The position numbers and the translations under genes are program-made. This document shows positions 27,062 through 36,153 of a stretch of 64,000 bases of DNA, piece by piece. Each line of letters opens with the position of its first letter. Position 1 is the stretch's first letter. This DNA comes from a virus. The stretch lies in the IMG/VR virus record IMGVR_UViG_3300032304_002285, positions 32,001 through 96,000 of that record. One strand, written 5' to 3'. The notes under the pieces were generated by a model that saw only the letters and a list, made by a program, of their open reading frames with translations, was not told the origin of the DNA and did not search any database.

Positions 27062-27641
27062 TTTAGAAATTGGGGATATGGTTATCAAGCATGATGGTAA
27101 TCATAGTGCAGGAACCATTATCTCAAAAATGGATGATCCTGAGAGAATCACAAAAACCTATTTCCTGGTAAGAAGTCCAGAAGGAGCTTGGACAATTTAT
27201 GGCGCATTAAAAAATACGCATTGTGAATTGTACCTGACAAGAAATATCCCTGAAGCAGTAATGAGGAAATTCTTGTTTGATGCTTTTGTCGGAGTAGATC
27301 TTGTTTACAATCCTGAATTACAGGAAAGAATTCCTCTATTAAATGTCCCTACCTATGAAACCAAAGCAAAACAAAAACGAGCAATAATTCCTAAGCCTGA
27401 AGAAACCAAAACTAAAAAGGCTTTATGGAGACAAGAGAAGGATGAGGATCAAGAGTTCACTGAGGATGAGGAACCAGAGAAGCCTATAGAGGCACTAGGA
27501 GAGACGAAGAAGACAGAGGGGGCTGAAGACCCACTACTAGAGGAACCGATTGAGGAACCTACCCCTGTAGAGAAGCCTATGGGGGAACCACTAGAGGAAA
27601 CCCAAGAAAAACTTTTACCTGAATTTTCTTTTATTTTTTAG
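27036..27641 (+). CDS. hypothetical protein with acidic E/P-rich tail
   Basis: overlaps the upstream stop; EEP repeats. Confidence 0.65.
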   Translation: MKMTKKASDLEIGDMVIKHDGNHSAGTIISKMDDPERITKTYFLVRSPEGAWTIYGALKNTHCELYLTRNIPEAVMRKFLFDAFVGVDLVYNPELQERIPLLNVPTYETKAKQKRAIIPKPEETKTKKALWRQEKDEDQEFTEDEEPEKPIEALGETKKTEGAEDPLLEEPIEEPTPVEKPMGEPLEETQEKLLPEFSFIF

Positions 27642-27647
27642 CAATCG

Positions 27648-27675
27648 TTGGATTTTAATACCTGAAAAGTAATAC
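27648..27675 (+). promoter_or_regulatory. repeated phage promoter motif
   Basis: TTGGAT-N16-TAATAC. Confidence 0.55.
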
Positions 27676-27704
27676 ATGCGAGAAGAAAAGGAGAAACTTC
27701 TCGT

Positions 27705-28073
27705 ATGACTATTTTTCAGGTTATTGCTATCTTGGCCATGATTGAATCCTCTAATCAACCAAATGCTATTGGAGACAATGGGAAGGCAATTGGAATTCTG
27801 CAAATTCATAGATCAGTGGTTAAAGACGTAAACCGGATCTATGGGACAAACTACAAATGGCCAGAGGATTGCAAGGACAAAGAAAAGGCTAAAGATATTT
27901 GTTTTAAATATTTGTCCTATTATGGGAAAGACAAAACACCGGAGCAATTGGCTAGGATCTGGAATGGTGGACCTAATGGACATAATTCAAAAGCTACAAT
28001 TCCATACTTGAAGAAATTCAGAAAAGAAGCAGTAAAGAGAAATTCACAAGAAGAGGCAATAGCTCAAAGATGA
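27705..28073 (+). CDS. lysozyme-fold muralytic enzyme (SLT/destabilase-like)
   Basis: MIESS..AIGDNGKAIGILQI...ARIWNGGP. Confidence 0.75.
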   Translation: MTIFQVIAILAMIESSNQPNAIGDNGKAIGILQIHRSVVKDVNRIYGTNYKWPEDCKDKEKAKDICFKYLSYYGKDKTPEQLARIWNGGPNGHNSKATIPYLKKFRKEAVKRNSQEEAIAQR

Positions 28074-28315
28074 CAGATAAGGAATATCAACAAAAGCTAA
28101 TAGGGAACTGTCATACAGCAGCAGATTGCTTTGTAACTATCAATGATGAGAAGATGGTAACGAAATGGCTTATATGGGGAGAGCAGATACAGAGAGGATG
28201 TATCACTTCCCAGGATCTAAAGAGATGGCTACATAAACAAGCAGAGCTATATAAAGAGACAGATAAGGGATTGGCTACTTATATCAGAAACCTCATAACT
28301 GTGAAATGCTGCTAA
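28070..28315 (+). CDS. hypothetical protein
   Basis: ATGA overlap with upstream gene. Confidence 0.6.
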   Translation: MTDKEYQQKLIGNCHTAADCFVTINDEKMVTKWLIWGEQIQRGCITSQDLKRWLHKQAELYKETDKGLATYIRNLITVKCC

Positions 28316-28334
28316 AATCTAAGGAACTCGAAAA

Positions 28335-28853
28335 ATGATCTTGAATGAAAATGCTGAAATTACAATCAATGGTGAAAAAGCCATTAGGCGATTGCTTCAG
28401 TGTAATTCAATGAAAATTGCAAGGGAGGACCTAATCAAGTATAGGACTACCCCAGGAGTGTATGTAGAAGAGAAGACCCTCATTGAGGTAATCAAAAACC
28501 CTAATGAGAAAGATGATGTTACCTATGGTTTCTATTTTTGGGAAATTATAGGGCAATCAGTAAAACCGCTGTTTAAGCATTATTGCAATGAATGCGTTTT
28601 CTTGGGTAATTTGAATTCTAGTGAGCAACTCTATGATTTGTATTTTTGTCGGGACGGTGGGAGCAATCCTACTGTGATTGCCAGATATGGAAATGAGGAC
28701 CATGAGTTCCTAAGCGGAATTTATGGAAATCAACTGGAATTGGTAGAAGCCAAAAAAAGAGCACTTTTCCAAAAATTGATCACTTCTGACGAATTGGCAA
28801 AATATCACAAGGAATTGGTGGAATTCCTGAAAACTCATCTTTCTGACAGATGA
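28335..28853 (+). CDS. hypothetical protein
   Basis: 172-aa ORF. Confidence 0.65.
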   Translation: MILNENAEITINGEKAIRRLLQCNSMKIAREDLIKYRTTPGVYVEEKTLIEVIKNPNEKDDVTYGFYFWEIIGQSVKPLFKHYCNECVFLGNLNSSEQLYDLYFCRDGGSNPTVIARYGNEDHEFLSGIYGNQLELVEAKKRALFQKLITSDELAKYHKELVEFLKTHLSDR

Positions 28854-29289
28854 ACTCCCTGACTGATTTTTGAGGGATACCCTGACTAAAATTTAGCAAT
28901 CCCCTTTCGAGAAATAGGACAGCTATTTTTCAAAAGGGGAATTTTTTTGAAGTCGGGGGTCAGTTTGGTGTCACAGGTTTTTTCTAAAAATTGAAATTAG
29001 GAAAAGTATATTTTGGGAAATAATTAATCTTGGGTGGGGGCAAAGGTGGGAATCAAGGTGGGGGATTAAGGTGGTGGCACGTGTGGGGTATAATGTGGGG
29101 ATGAGGTGAGGATAGCGTGTGGGGAAATAGGACAGTTAAAATTTGGATTTGGGTTGTGGGAAGGGTAGGGGATCAGTTTGGTGTTGGTGATTTTTTCAGA
29201 AAATTGGAATTGGGTTTGGATTTGGGGTATGTGTTTGGTGATAGATGGGTGTAGGGATTGAGTCAAGTGAGATTAAAGGAAGGTGTGAG

Positions 29290-29790
29290 ATGGCAAAGGA
29301 ATTGAGCAAAGAGGTTTTGGTGTTGTTGGCTGGGAGTAAGGTTAATGAGCGAGCGATGTTGATAGCGATGGTAGCTCATGCTGGTCAATATCGGAGGGAT
29401 GGTGTTACTCCTTATATTGTGCATCCGATGTCTGTTGCGTCGAAGGTTCTTGATGCACAGAAGGCGGTTGCATGGTTGCATGACGTGTTGGAGGATTGTG
29501 AGGGCTGGGAGGCTGTTGATTTGATAGCGTTGGGGATTCCGGCGAATGTTGTTGAGAGTGTGGTTGCCTTGACGAAGGTGAATGGGATAGCGATTGAGGA
29601 TTACATGGAAGGTGTGATGCGGAATTGGGATGCATTGATTGTGAAGATAGCGGACATGAAGAGTAACATGGCTGGGAATCCGAGTGAGAAGGCACGGCTT
29701 TCGTATGGGAAGTGGCTACCGATTTTGCAGGCGAAGTATAAGGAGGTTGAGAAGGCGACTCGGAAGATTCGGAATCGGATAATTAGTTGA
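29290..29790 (+). CDS. HD-domain (p)ppGpp hydrolase-like protein (SAH/Mesh1-like)
   Basis: AHAGQYRRDG.TPYIVHP..VA, AWLHDVLED, VKIAD..SN. Confidence 0.85.
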   Translation: MAKELSKEVLVLLAGSKVNERAMLIAMVAHAGQYRRDGVTPYIVHPMSVASKVLDAQKAVAWLHDVLEDCEGWEAVDLIALGIPANVVESVVALTKVNGIAIEDYMEGVMRNWDALIVKIADMKSNMAGNPSEKARLSYGKWLPILQAKYKEVEKATRKIRNRIIS

Positions 29791-29791
29791 G

Positions 29792-30181
29792 GTGTTTTTG
29801 GGCTGGAACGGGATGGTAATTGAGTTTCCGGATGGATGGATATTTTTTATGAGTGAGAAGCGTAGAATTGAATTTGAGAGTAAGGCGAATGAAAAGCATT
29901 ATTGGCGGAAGAGGATGGGGCGAAAGGAAGCGAGTCATGGTTGGTTGGATGTTTATGAGGATTTGATCAAGCGGGTTGATGAGTTGATGAAGGAGTATCG
30001 TCATGCGATTTATTTAGAGGGTAGGGGGTATGTGTATCGGGAGCAGTATTTAGGGTATTCGTGGGAACGGGTGTTAGTAAAGAGTTGGGTTGAGTATCGG
30101 AAGATTATAGCTGATGATGCGAGGTATTTTTTAAAGAGATCTCATGAGTCATTGGTTTTGTCACGTAAGGGGAAAGAATGA
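29792..30181 (+). CDS. hypothetical protein
   Basis: ORF; start uncertain. Confidence 0.55.
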   Translation: MFLGWNGMVIEFPDGWIFFMSEKRRIEFESKANEKHYWRKRMGRKEASHGWLDVYEDLIKRVDELMKEYRHAIYLEGRGYVYREQYLGYSWERVLVKSWVEYRKIIADDARYFLKRSHESLVLSRKGKE

Positions 30182-30399
30182 AGGGCAAGGTAATTAAGAT
30201 AAAGGTAGTTGGGGAGAGTTATAGAAATGGTTTCAGGGAGAATGGTTATTGTGTAGCGTGGTTATCTGATGGTGGGAGTTGTTTTGTTCCTGGGAGTGAG
30301 TTTGCTGGATTGGGTGAGGCATTGGATTATATAGTGAAAGAGGGTTATGATGTAGAAGAGGTTCGAGCGGGGTTAGACAGATGGGTAAAGGAGGGTTAG
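30178..30399 (+). CDS. hypothetical protein
   Basis: ATGA overlap. Confidence 0.6.
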   Translation: MKGKVIKIKVVGESYRNGFRENGYCVAWLSDGGSCFVPGSEFAGLGEALDYIVKEGYDVEEVRAGLDRWVKEG

Positions 30400-30849
30400 A
30401 TGAGGAAGTTCAGGGGATGGCACAAAGATCATGGTGAGGCGAAGAAGGTGATTGCTTTTGGGGATGGGAGTGTTGAGGTAATTTGGATTGACAGGGGATA
30501 TTGCAGTGAGGTATGGCCAGAGGGTGAGCCTCATGAGATAGTTGATGCTGAGAGTAAGGGCTGGGTGATTGAGGAGAGTAGTGAGTTGTTTGACAGGGAT
30601 GGGGTTGAGATTTTTGAAGGTGATTTGGTTAGATTAGATGACATTAATGAATTGCCTTATACGATGATTATTAAATTAAAGGATAATGGTGTTATTAAGG
30701 GTGAGAAGGATTCTGTGATTGGGCAGGTTCTTTTTCACAGTGGGAATTTTTGTTTTGGGGTTTTGTTGAATGGTGTGATTGAGTCAAGGGCATTGGGATT
30801 TATTGACAAGAAGAATTTGGTTGTTGTTGGCAGGGCAAAGGGGGAATGA
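30400..30849 (+). CDS. YopX-family protein
   Basis: MRKFRGW...DRDGVEIFEGDLV...LVVVG. Confidence 0.75.
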   Translation: MRKFRGWHKDHGEAKKVIAFGDGSVEVIWIDRGYCSEVWPEGEPHEIVDAESKGWVIEESSELFDRDGVEIFEGDLVRLDDINELPYTMIIKLKDNGVIKGEKDSVIGQVLFHSGNFCFGVLLNGVIESRALGFIDKKNLVVVGRAKGE

Positions 30850-30850
30850 A

Positions 30851-31063
30851 TTGAAAGAGTTTATTACAGGGTATCGAGTGATTGACGGGAAGCGGACGAG
30901 AATGGTAGGGAGTGTTGTATACACATTGGGGGACAAGACGAGGATGCCAGTGAGTGAGATATGTTTGATGGTAGAGGGTAGTGTGAGGAAGAAATGGAAA
31001 TTGAATAAAAAGGATAAGGTTATAGTGGTTGGTGTTTTGGAACGGGAATTAAAAGTCAGTTAA
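30851..31063 (+). CDS. hypothetical protein
   Basis: probable TTG start after AGGGGG. Confidence 0.5.
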   Translation: MKEFITGYRVIDGKRTRMVGSVVYTLGDKTRMPVSEICLMVEGSVRKKWKLNKKDKVIVVGVLERELKVS

Positions 31064-31079
31064 ATAGAGAGGTGATAAG

Positions 31080-31574
31080 ATGCAAGAGGGATGGTGGGTT
31101 AATTACCGGACTGGTAAAGATTTTTACGTTAAGGAACATGAGACATGGATTCGTCAGCCGGGGAATGCTGATAAGGCTGGTGTTCCCGCTGAGATTCAGA
31201 AGAAGTTTAGCAAGTTCAAGGCTGTTCAGGACAGGGATAAGTTTTTGATGTTTTTGATGGAGAGTTGTCCCTTGATGAGGATGCGTGGTCATGGGAGTGA
31301 TATTACATTTGAGTACTACAACAGTAATAGTCGGGATGCTATTGAGGCTGTTCATAAGGCTGCACATGATTACGGTGGTAGGTTGTCTACGTTGAACATT
31401 TACAATTTGATGTCTCACGAGATGACTTCGATTCAGCGTGACGAGTTGGACAGGGTGATGGATGAGAGTGGGGTTGAGGGTGTGATGAGGGCTGCGAGTG
31501 AGAAGTTTAGTTTAGATGGGAGTAAGATGATTAAGGAGTTATTGGCAGTGGCGAAGGAATTGGCTATGGATTGA
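31080..31574 (+). CDS. hypothetical protein with C-terminal helical motif
   Basis: GWWVNYRTG..EHETWI; MRAAS linker; ends KMIKELLAVAKELAMD. Confidence 0.7.
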   Translation: MQEGWWVNYRTGKDFYVKEHETWIRQPGNADKAGVPAEIQKKFSKFKAVQDRDKFLMFLMESCPLMRMRGHGSDITFEYYNSNSRDAIEAVHKAAHDYGGRLSTLNIYNLMSHEMTSIQRDELDRVMDESGVEGVMRAASEKFSLDGSKMIKELLAVAKELAMD

Positions 31575-31623
31575 AGTTGGGGATATACTATCAGGGATTT
31601 CTTTTTTAGAGGAGAGATTTCTG

Positions 31624-32469
31624 ATGGGTTCGGTTGTTGGGATATCTATATTAACGAATGGGAACCGATGTAGTTTTTTACGGAACTGCATCGGTTCTTT
31701 TATTTACAATTGTTATTATCGTCCATTGCGGATAGGGATATTTGACAATGGATCTGTAGATAACACGAAAGATTTTGTTAGGTCTTTGGATAAGGTATAT
31801 GGGATAGAGATTGAGTATGAGCGGAGTGAGATTGATTTAGGTTGTGCTGTTGGGACGAATAGGGCATTAGGGATGGTAAGGGATTGTGAGTATGGTTTGC
31901 ATTTAGAGAGTGATTTCATTCACATGAATGAGATTGAGACTGGGATTGATAGGATGTGGTTGCATAGGGCGATTGAGTTTATGGATGATGGGGATTGTGA
32001 TTATTTATATTTGCGCCGGATGCGTAATGAGCGAGAGATGATGGTGCATTGGTGGAGTCAGTGGATGGATAAGGTAGTTGAGGAGAGGGGTGAGTATTTA
32101 AGTTGTCCTGGTTTTTGGTGGAGTAACAATCCTGCATTAAGGCGAGTGAAGGCATTATATGATTGTGGGACATTGCCATTGAATGAGGGGTTAGATGGGA
32201 AGAAGGGTGAGGCTGGTTGGAGTATGCCTGAGTTGAAGGCTGGGAGACCAAGTAAGGCATGGATACATAGATGGGGGATGTTTAGTCATGAGCGGTTATT
32301 GGGATTAGAGTTTCCTGAGATGAGGGGTTGCGGGAAATTTGGTCCATATGGGACATCGAGTTGTAAATATGGTTTTTATATGAATACTGGGAATAGTTTT
32401 TGTTTATGTTGTGATGAGAGACTTGGCTATGAGGAGATGGGCGAGCACGAGAGGCGTTATAGGTTATAA
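31624..32469 (+). CDS. GT-A (GT2-like) glycosyltransferase with Cys-rich tail
   Basis: ISILT..R..FL, IFDNGSVD, GCAVGTNRAL, HLESDF. Confidence 0.75.
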   Translation: MGSVVGISILTNGNRCSFLRNCIGSFIYNCYYRPLRIGIFDNGSVDNTKDFVRSLDKVYGIEIEYERSEIDLGCAVGTNRALGMVRDCEYGLHLESDFIHMNEIETGIDRMWLHRAIEFMDDGDCDYLYLRRMRNEREMMVHWWSQWMDKVVEERGEYLSCPGFWWSNNPALRRVKALYDCGTLPLNEGLDGKKGEAGWSMPELKAGRPSKAWIHRWGMFSHERLLGLEFPEMRGCGKFGPYGTSSCKYGFYMNTGNSFCLCCDERLGYEEMGEHERRYRL

Positions 32470-32498
32470 ATGAGATTTCTTTAAGGAGACGAATTGTT

Positions 32499-34343
32499 AT
32501 GGATACTGGTTTACGGATCAAGGTAATAATATTTCATCACAATGAGCCTGAGAATGCTGACAGGTTATATGATCAATTGAGTGAGGTATTTAAAGGTGTA
32601 GAGTTATGGGATAGTGGATCTGATTGTGAGAAGATTCCGAAGAATATGACTCATTCGTATGGGAACATATATGGGACTGGGGCATGGAATGAGATTTTGA
32701 AGCGGTATGGGGATTGGGATGTTGTGTGGTTGGTATGTGCTGATATCAAGTTATTGAGTGATGTAAAGAGTTATAAAGAGAGTATTGAGTCTGCATATCC
32801 ATTTGGTTGTTGGAGTCCATGTGTAGAGGGCAGGGCTCATCCGTTCATGTTAGCTGAGAATTATACGGGTGAGAATGCGAAGATGGTATATGTAAAGAAT
32901 GTTGAGAGTCAGGCGATGGCGATGAGTGGTTCATTGCTGAGAGAGGTTAAGGAGTTATTGCCTGGGAGTAAATATGGATTTGGTCATGATTATTGGTTAT
33001 GTCATAGAAGCAGGAAGATGGGATTAAAGAATGTGATAGATGGGCGGGTAAAGATTTTTCATCCATTTGGGACTGGATATAACGAGGAAGAGGCTGAGAA
33101 GCAGATGGAGGAGGCTTTTGGTAAGGTATATGGGAAGGATTTTCGGAGGAGTGTTTTTGAATATTCTTCTACATTTTCTGGGAATTTATTTTATGGGAAT
33201 GTCATAAAAGAGATAAAGAAGGAGGAGGAGGATCATATGTTGACGATTTTCACGGTTGATAATGGTTGGGGATTAGTTGAGTTTTCTAAGATTGTTAAGG
33301 GTTATGACAATGTAAATAAGCTATTGATTAAGAAGGGGTTATCTACTTTTAGTTCTATTCCTGATATAAAGGTAGTGGAATATAGTTCTGATTTCAGTCG
33401 ATATGCTGATGGGAATTTCATTGCATTATTTCCGAAGGTTGGTCCATCTAATTTTGAGGATTTCAAAGAGATAGTTAGATTGGGGATTCCGACGATTGTT
33501 CATGTTGCATATAATAAGGAAGTTGTTGATCACGAGAAGACTGGTTATTTATATCAAGATGAGTCTTGGGTTCATAATTGGTTAAAGGAGTTGATAGGGA
33601 ATAGGGAAATGCGATGTAAGAATTTTAAGAATGATTTGTCTAATTTTCTTGAGGTACAAAAGAAGGCAGGGGATGCACTTAAAGAGGTAGCTAAAGGATT
33701 TAGTTTAGTTGAAGAGAAGAAGACAGAGAAGGTAGAGGAAGGGATATTGGTAAGTGTGATTACTCCTACTTTCAGGCGTGAGCCGAAGGTGGTAAGGCGT
33801 TGTTGTAATTGTGTGCAATTGCAGACTGTATCGAATTGGGAGCAATTGGTATGTTCGGATGGTGTAGAGGAGCCTGTGATTAAGGAGATGATAGAGGGAT
33901 TAGGAGATAAGAGAATTCAGTATTGTCATACGAATACAAAGAAGCCAGGGGATTTTGGGAATACTGTACGTTCTGAGATGTTAAAGAAGGCTCGGGGTAA
34001 GTATGTAATTTTCATGGATGATGACAATGTAATTTTGCCTGAGTATTTAGAGAAGATGATTAATGCGATTGAGAAGGGCAAGGTTGATTTTGGGATTTGT
34101 CAGGTTGTTCATTTTGGTCCATTGAACGAGAGTGAGGTAGGGAAGGCTCCTCAGGTATTGACAGGGAATCCTGTGAAATTATATCACATTGATTCGTTGC
34201 AGGTAATGGTAAGGCGGGAAGCCATGTTAGATGTTGGATGGGATACTGATTCTGGGTATATAGCTGATGGTGTTTCATTGGAAGCTTTGGGCAAGAAGTA
34301 TAAGCCTGTTCATTTGAATGAGATTTTAGGGTTTCATTTGTAA
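32499..34343 (+). CDS. multidomain glycosyltransferase (GT-A + GT-B-like C-half + GT2)
   Basis: N-term WDSGSD/VCAD; mid GIPTIV..EVVDHEKTGYL; C-term VSVITPTFRR, CSDG, ARGKYVIFMDDDN. Confidence 0.8.
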   Translation: MDTGLRIKVIIFHHNEPENADRLYDQLSEVFKGVELWDSGSDCEKIPKNMTHSYGNIYGTGAWNEILKRYGDWDVVWLVCADIKLLSDVKSYKESIESAYPFGCWSPCVEGRAHPFMLAENYTGENAKMVYVKNVESQAMAMSGSLLREVKELLPGSKYGFGHDYWLCHRSRKMGLKNVIDGRVKIFHPFGTGYNEEEAEKQMEEAFGKVYGKDFRRSVFEYSSTFSGNLFYGNVIKEIKKEEEDHMLTIFTVDNGWGLVEFSKIVKGYDNVNKLLIKKGLSTFSSIPDIKVVEYSSDFSRYADGNFIALFPKVGPSNFEDFKEIVRLGIPTIVHVAYNKEVVDHEKTGYLYQDESWVHNWLKELIGNREMRCKNFKNDLSNFLEVQKKAGDALKEVAKGFSLVEEKKTEKVEEGILVSVITPTFRREPKVVRRCCNCVQLQTVSNWEQLVCSDGVEEPVIKEMIEGLGDKRIQYCHTNTKKPGDFGNTVRSEMLKKARGKYVIFMDDDNVILPEYLEKMINAIEKGKVDFGICQVVHFGPLNESEVGKAPQVLTGNPVKLYHIDSLQVMVRREAMLDVGWDTDSGYIADGVSLEALGKKYKPVHLNEILGFHL

Positions 34344-34365
34344 AGAGAGCTAGGCTTTAACAATT

Positions 34366-34408
34366 AAACCACAGGATTTAAAAGGTTCTGTGGTTTTTGT
34401 TTTTTTTT
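34366..34408 (+). terminator. intrinsic terminator
   Basis: AAACCACAG/CTGTGGTTT stem plus T tract. Confidence 0.7.
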
Positions 34409-34443
34409 GATATTTGAGCTAAGATATAAATCAAGGAGTTTTT

Positions 34444-34950
34444 ATGAACAAGGTAAAAATAGCTCAAGAGTTGATTAAGTTGGCCAAGGAATTGGTTGGT
34501 AATTCTTCTAGGACCAAGAAAGCTTACGGTAAAAAGCCGAAGAGTTGGCGTGGAGTTCAAGGCGAATTGAGTTTTGAAGTTGGAGATATGGAGCATCATA
34601 GGGATTCGGGGGTTAGGTCTGCTTATAAGGAAATTGTAAAGTTATTGCCTGAGGGTTCTGAGCCAGGAGATTGGGATATTTTTATTGAATTTGAGAGTAG
34701 TGGTTCTTATTGTCCTGGGCGGTTATCTGGTCCTCCTGAGGATTGTTATCCTGAGGAATCAGAGGATGCGAGAGAGGCAACAAGCATGGAGCTTAGATGG
34801 GCTGGTGATGGGGAAAAGATAAAGAATATTGAGATAAGGCATGGTGCTTCATTTGAAAAAATAGAAGAAGGGTTGTCTGTTCTTATAGAAGGCGTCGAGT
34901 TGAATCATGAGCAAGGATATGATGGTCCTGAGCCAGATGATTGGGATTAA
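34444..34950 (+). CDS. helical-motif-tagged protein
   Basis: IAQELIKLAKELVG; PGRLSGPPEDCYPEE. Confidence 0.75.
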   Translation: MNKVKIAQELIKLAKELVGNSSRTKKAYGKKPKSWRGVQGELSFEVGDMEHHRDSGVRSAYKEIVKLLPEGSEPGDWDIFIEFESSGSYCPGRLSGPPEDCYPEESEDAREATSMELRWAGDGEKIKNIEIRHGASFEKIEEGLSVLIEGVELNHEQGYDGPEPDDWD

Positions 34951-35011
34951 GTTGTTTAATATTTTTTTGATATTATTCTTTTTGGTATAAAACTTAAAAG
35001 GAGTTTTCGTC

Positions 35012-35263
35012 ATGGATGAGAAAACTATGGTAGCTAAAGAGTTGGTCAAGGTTGCGAGTCTTTTGGTTGCTGAGGAGGGTGAAGCCCCGGAAGCTGAAGA
35101 TGAAGCCTTTGTTCAGAAGTTACGTGACATTCGTACTGGTCTTTTGAGCATTAACAAGAAAAAGAATACACGGTTGAGTGACTACGGGATTGGAGTCATT
35201 CGACCAACGACAAAAGTTCATGAGTTGGTTGATGTCCTTCTCAAGGTTGTAGCTACAAAATAA
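35012..35263 (+). CDS. helical-motif-tagged small protein
   Basis: VAKELVKVASLLVA. Confidence 0.75.
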   Translation: MDEKTMVAKELVKVASLLVAEEGEAPEAEDEAFVQKLRDIRTGLLSINKKKNTRLSDYGIGVIRPTTKVHELVDVLLKVVATK

Positions 35264-35289
35264 GGTAGAGTACAACAAAGAGGTTTGAG

Positions 35290-35330
35290 AGGGACTTAGA
35301 AGGAAAAATCCTCTAAGTCCCTTTTCTTTT
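35290..35330 (+). terminator. intrinsic terminator
   Basis: AGGGACTTAGA/TCTAAGTCCCT stem plus T tract. Confidence 0.75.
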
Positions 35331-35391
35331 TGGTTTGATGGTGGAAATTACAGGGAGGCGAGTATAATAGAATCACAAGGAGAGGTAGTAA

Positions 35392-35715
35392 ATGGTAAAG
35401 AGCAAATCTCAGAAGCAAGTAGAGAGACGTAAGAAGATTGAGCATAACCGAAATGTTATGCAGAATCAGGGAAAGCCTCGTTATCTTCTGTATATCAAGG
35501 TTGACGGTGGTTGGAAAGCTGTGATGAGGTTTAAGACTATTACGGATGTAGATAAGCATTGTGAAAGTATGGAAGATATTCGGAAGAGAAATGCTTCTGA
35601 GTTGGTTGAGGCGAATATTGTTGAGGTGAAGACGGGTAAGGTAATTAGGCATGTTGCGCCTCATAAGGTTAGTGATCCGGCTATGTTGAGTGGATCGTTG
35701 GTGGCGAAGGTTTGA
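35392..35715 (+). CDS. basic hypothetical protein
   Basis: GGAGAGG RBS. Confidence 0.7.
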   Translation: MVKSKSQKQVERRKKIEHNRNVMQNQGKPRYLLYIKVDGGWKAVMRFKTITDVDKHCESMEDIRKRNASELVEANIVEVKTGKVIRHVAPHKVSDPAMLSGSLVAKV

Positions 35716-35734
35716 AAATAAATTTCAGGAAGTT

Positions 35735-35763
35735 TTGGATTTTCGGGTTCTCGCGGGTAAGAT
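35735..35763 (+). promoter_or_regulatory. promoter motif heading the tRNA array
   Basis: TTGGAT-N17-TAAGAT. Confidence 0.55.
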
Positions 35764-35794
35764 AGGGTGTGACAAGAAGGTTGGTTGTAAGTGT

Positions 35795-35869
35795 TGCGGG
35801 ATATATCAGTGGTAGATTGCTAGCCTCATAAGCTAGATGTCGTGGGTTCGAGTCCCACTCCCGCTACCA
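35795..35869 (+). tRNA. tRNA-Met (CAT), initiator-like features
   Basis: cloverleaf, CT-CAT-AA loop, CCA; U1:U72 mismatch, A11:U24. Confidence 0.9.
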
Positions 35870-35879
35870 GTTTGAGATT

Positions 35880-35954
35880 CGGGTTGTCGTTTTAACATTT
35901 AAGACACAAGCCATGGGGCTTGAGATGCTGGTGTAAATCCAGCCGACTCGACCA
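35880..35954 (+). ncRNA. atypical tRNA-like RNA with 6-nt anticodon loop
   Basis: 7-bp acceptor + A + CCA; T arm GCTGG-TGTAAAT-CCAGC; D arm without GG; loop CATGGG. Confidence 0.6.
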
Positions 35955-35959
35955 AGTGT

Positions 35960-35980
35960 TGTTCTTTCAAAACTGAATAG
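35960..35980 (+). promoter_or_regulatory. rrn-like boxA antitermination motif
   Basis: TGTTCTTTCAAAACTGAATAG; recurs at 36864 and 40441. Confidence 0.5.
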
Positions 35981-35988
35981 TTCTTTTT

Positions 35989-36062
35989 CGGCATGTAGCT
36001 CACTTGGTTAGAGCACCACCCTGATATGGTGGGGGTAGAAGGTTCGAGTCCTTCCATGCCGA
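35989..36062 (+). tRNA. tRNA-Ile (GAT)
   Basis: CCACC-CTGATAT-GGTGG; no encoded CCA. Confidence 0.92.
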
Positions 36063-36078
36063 CTTATTTTCCCTGAAT

Positions 36079-36153
36079 GCCAGCATAGCTCAATGGTAGA
36101 GCACCTTACTTGTAATAAGGATGTCGGGGGTTCAAATCCCTCTGCTGGCTCCA
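36079..36153 (+). tRNA. tRNA-Thr (TGT)
   Basis: CCTTA-CTTGTAA-TAAGG; CCA. Confidence 0.95.
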
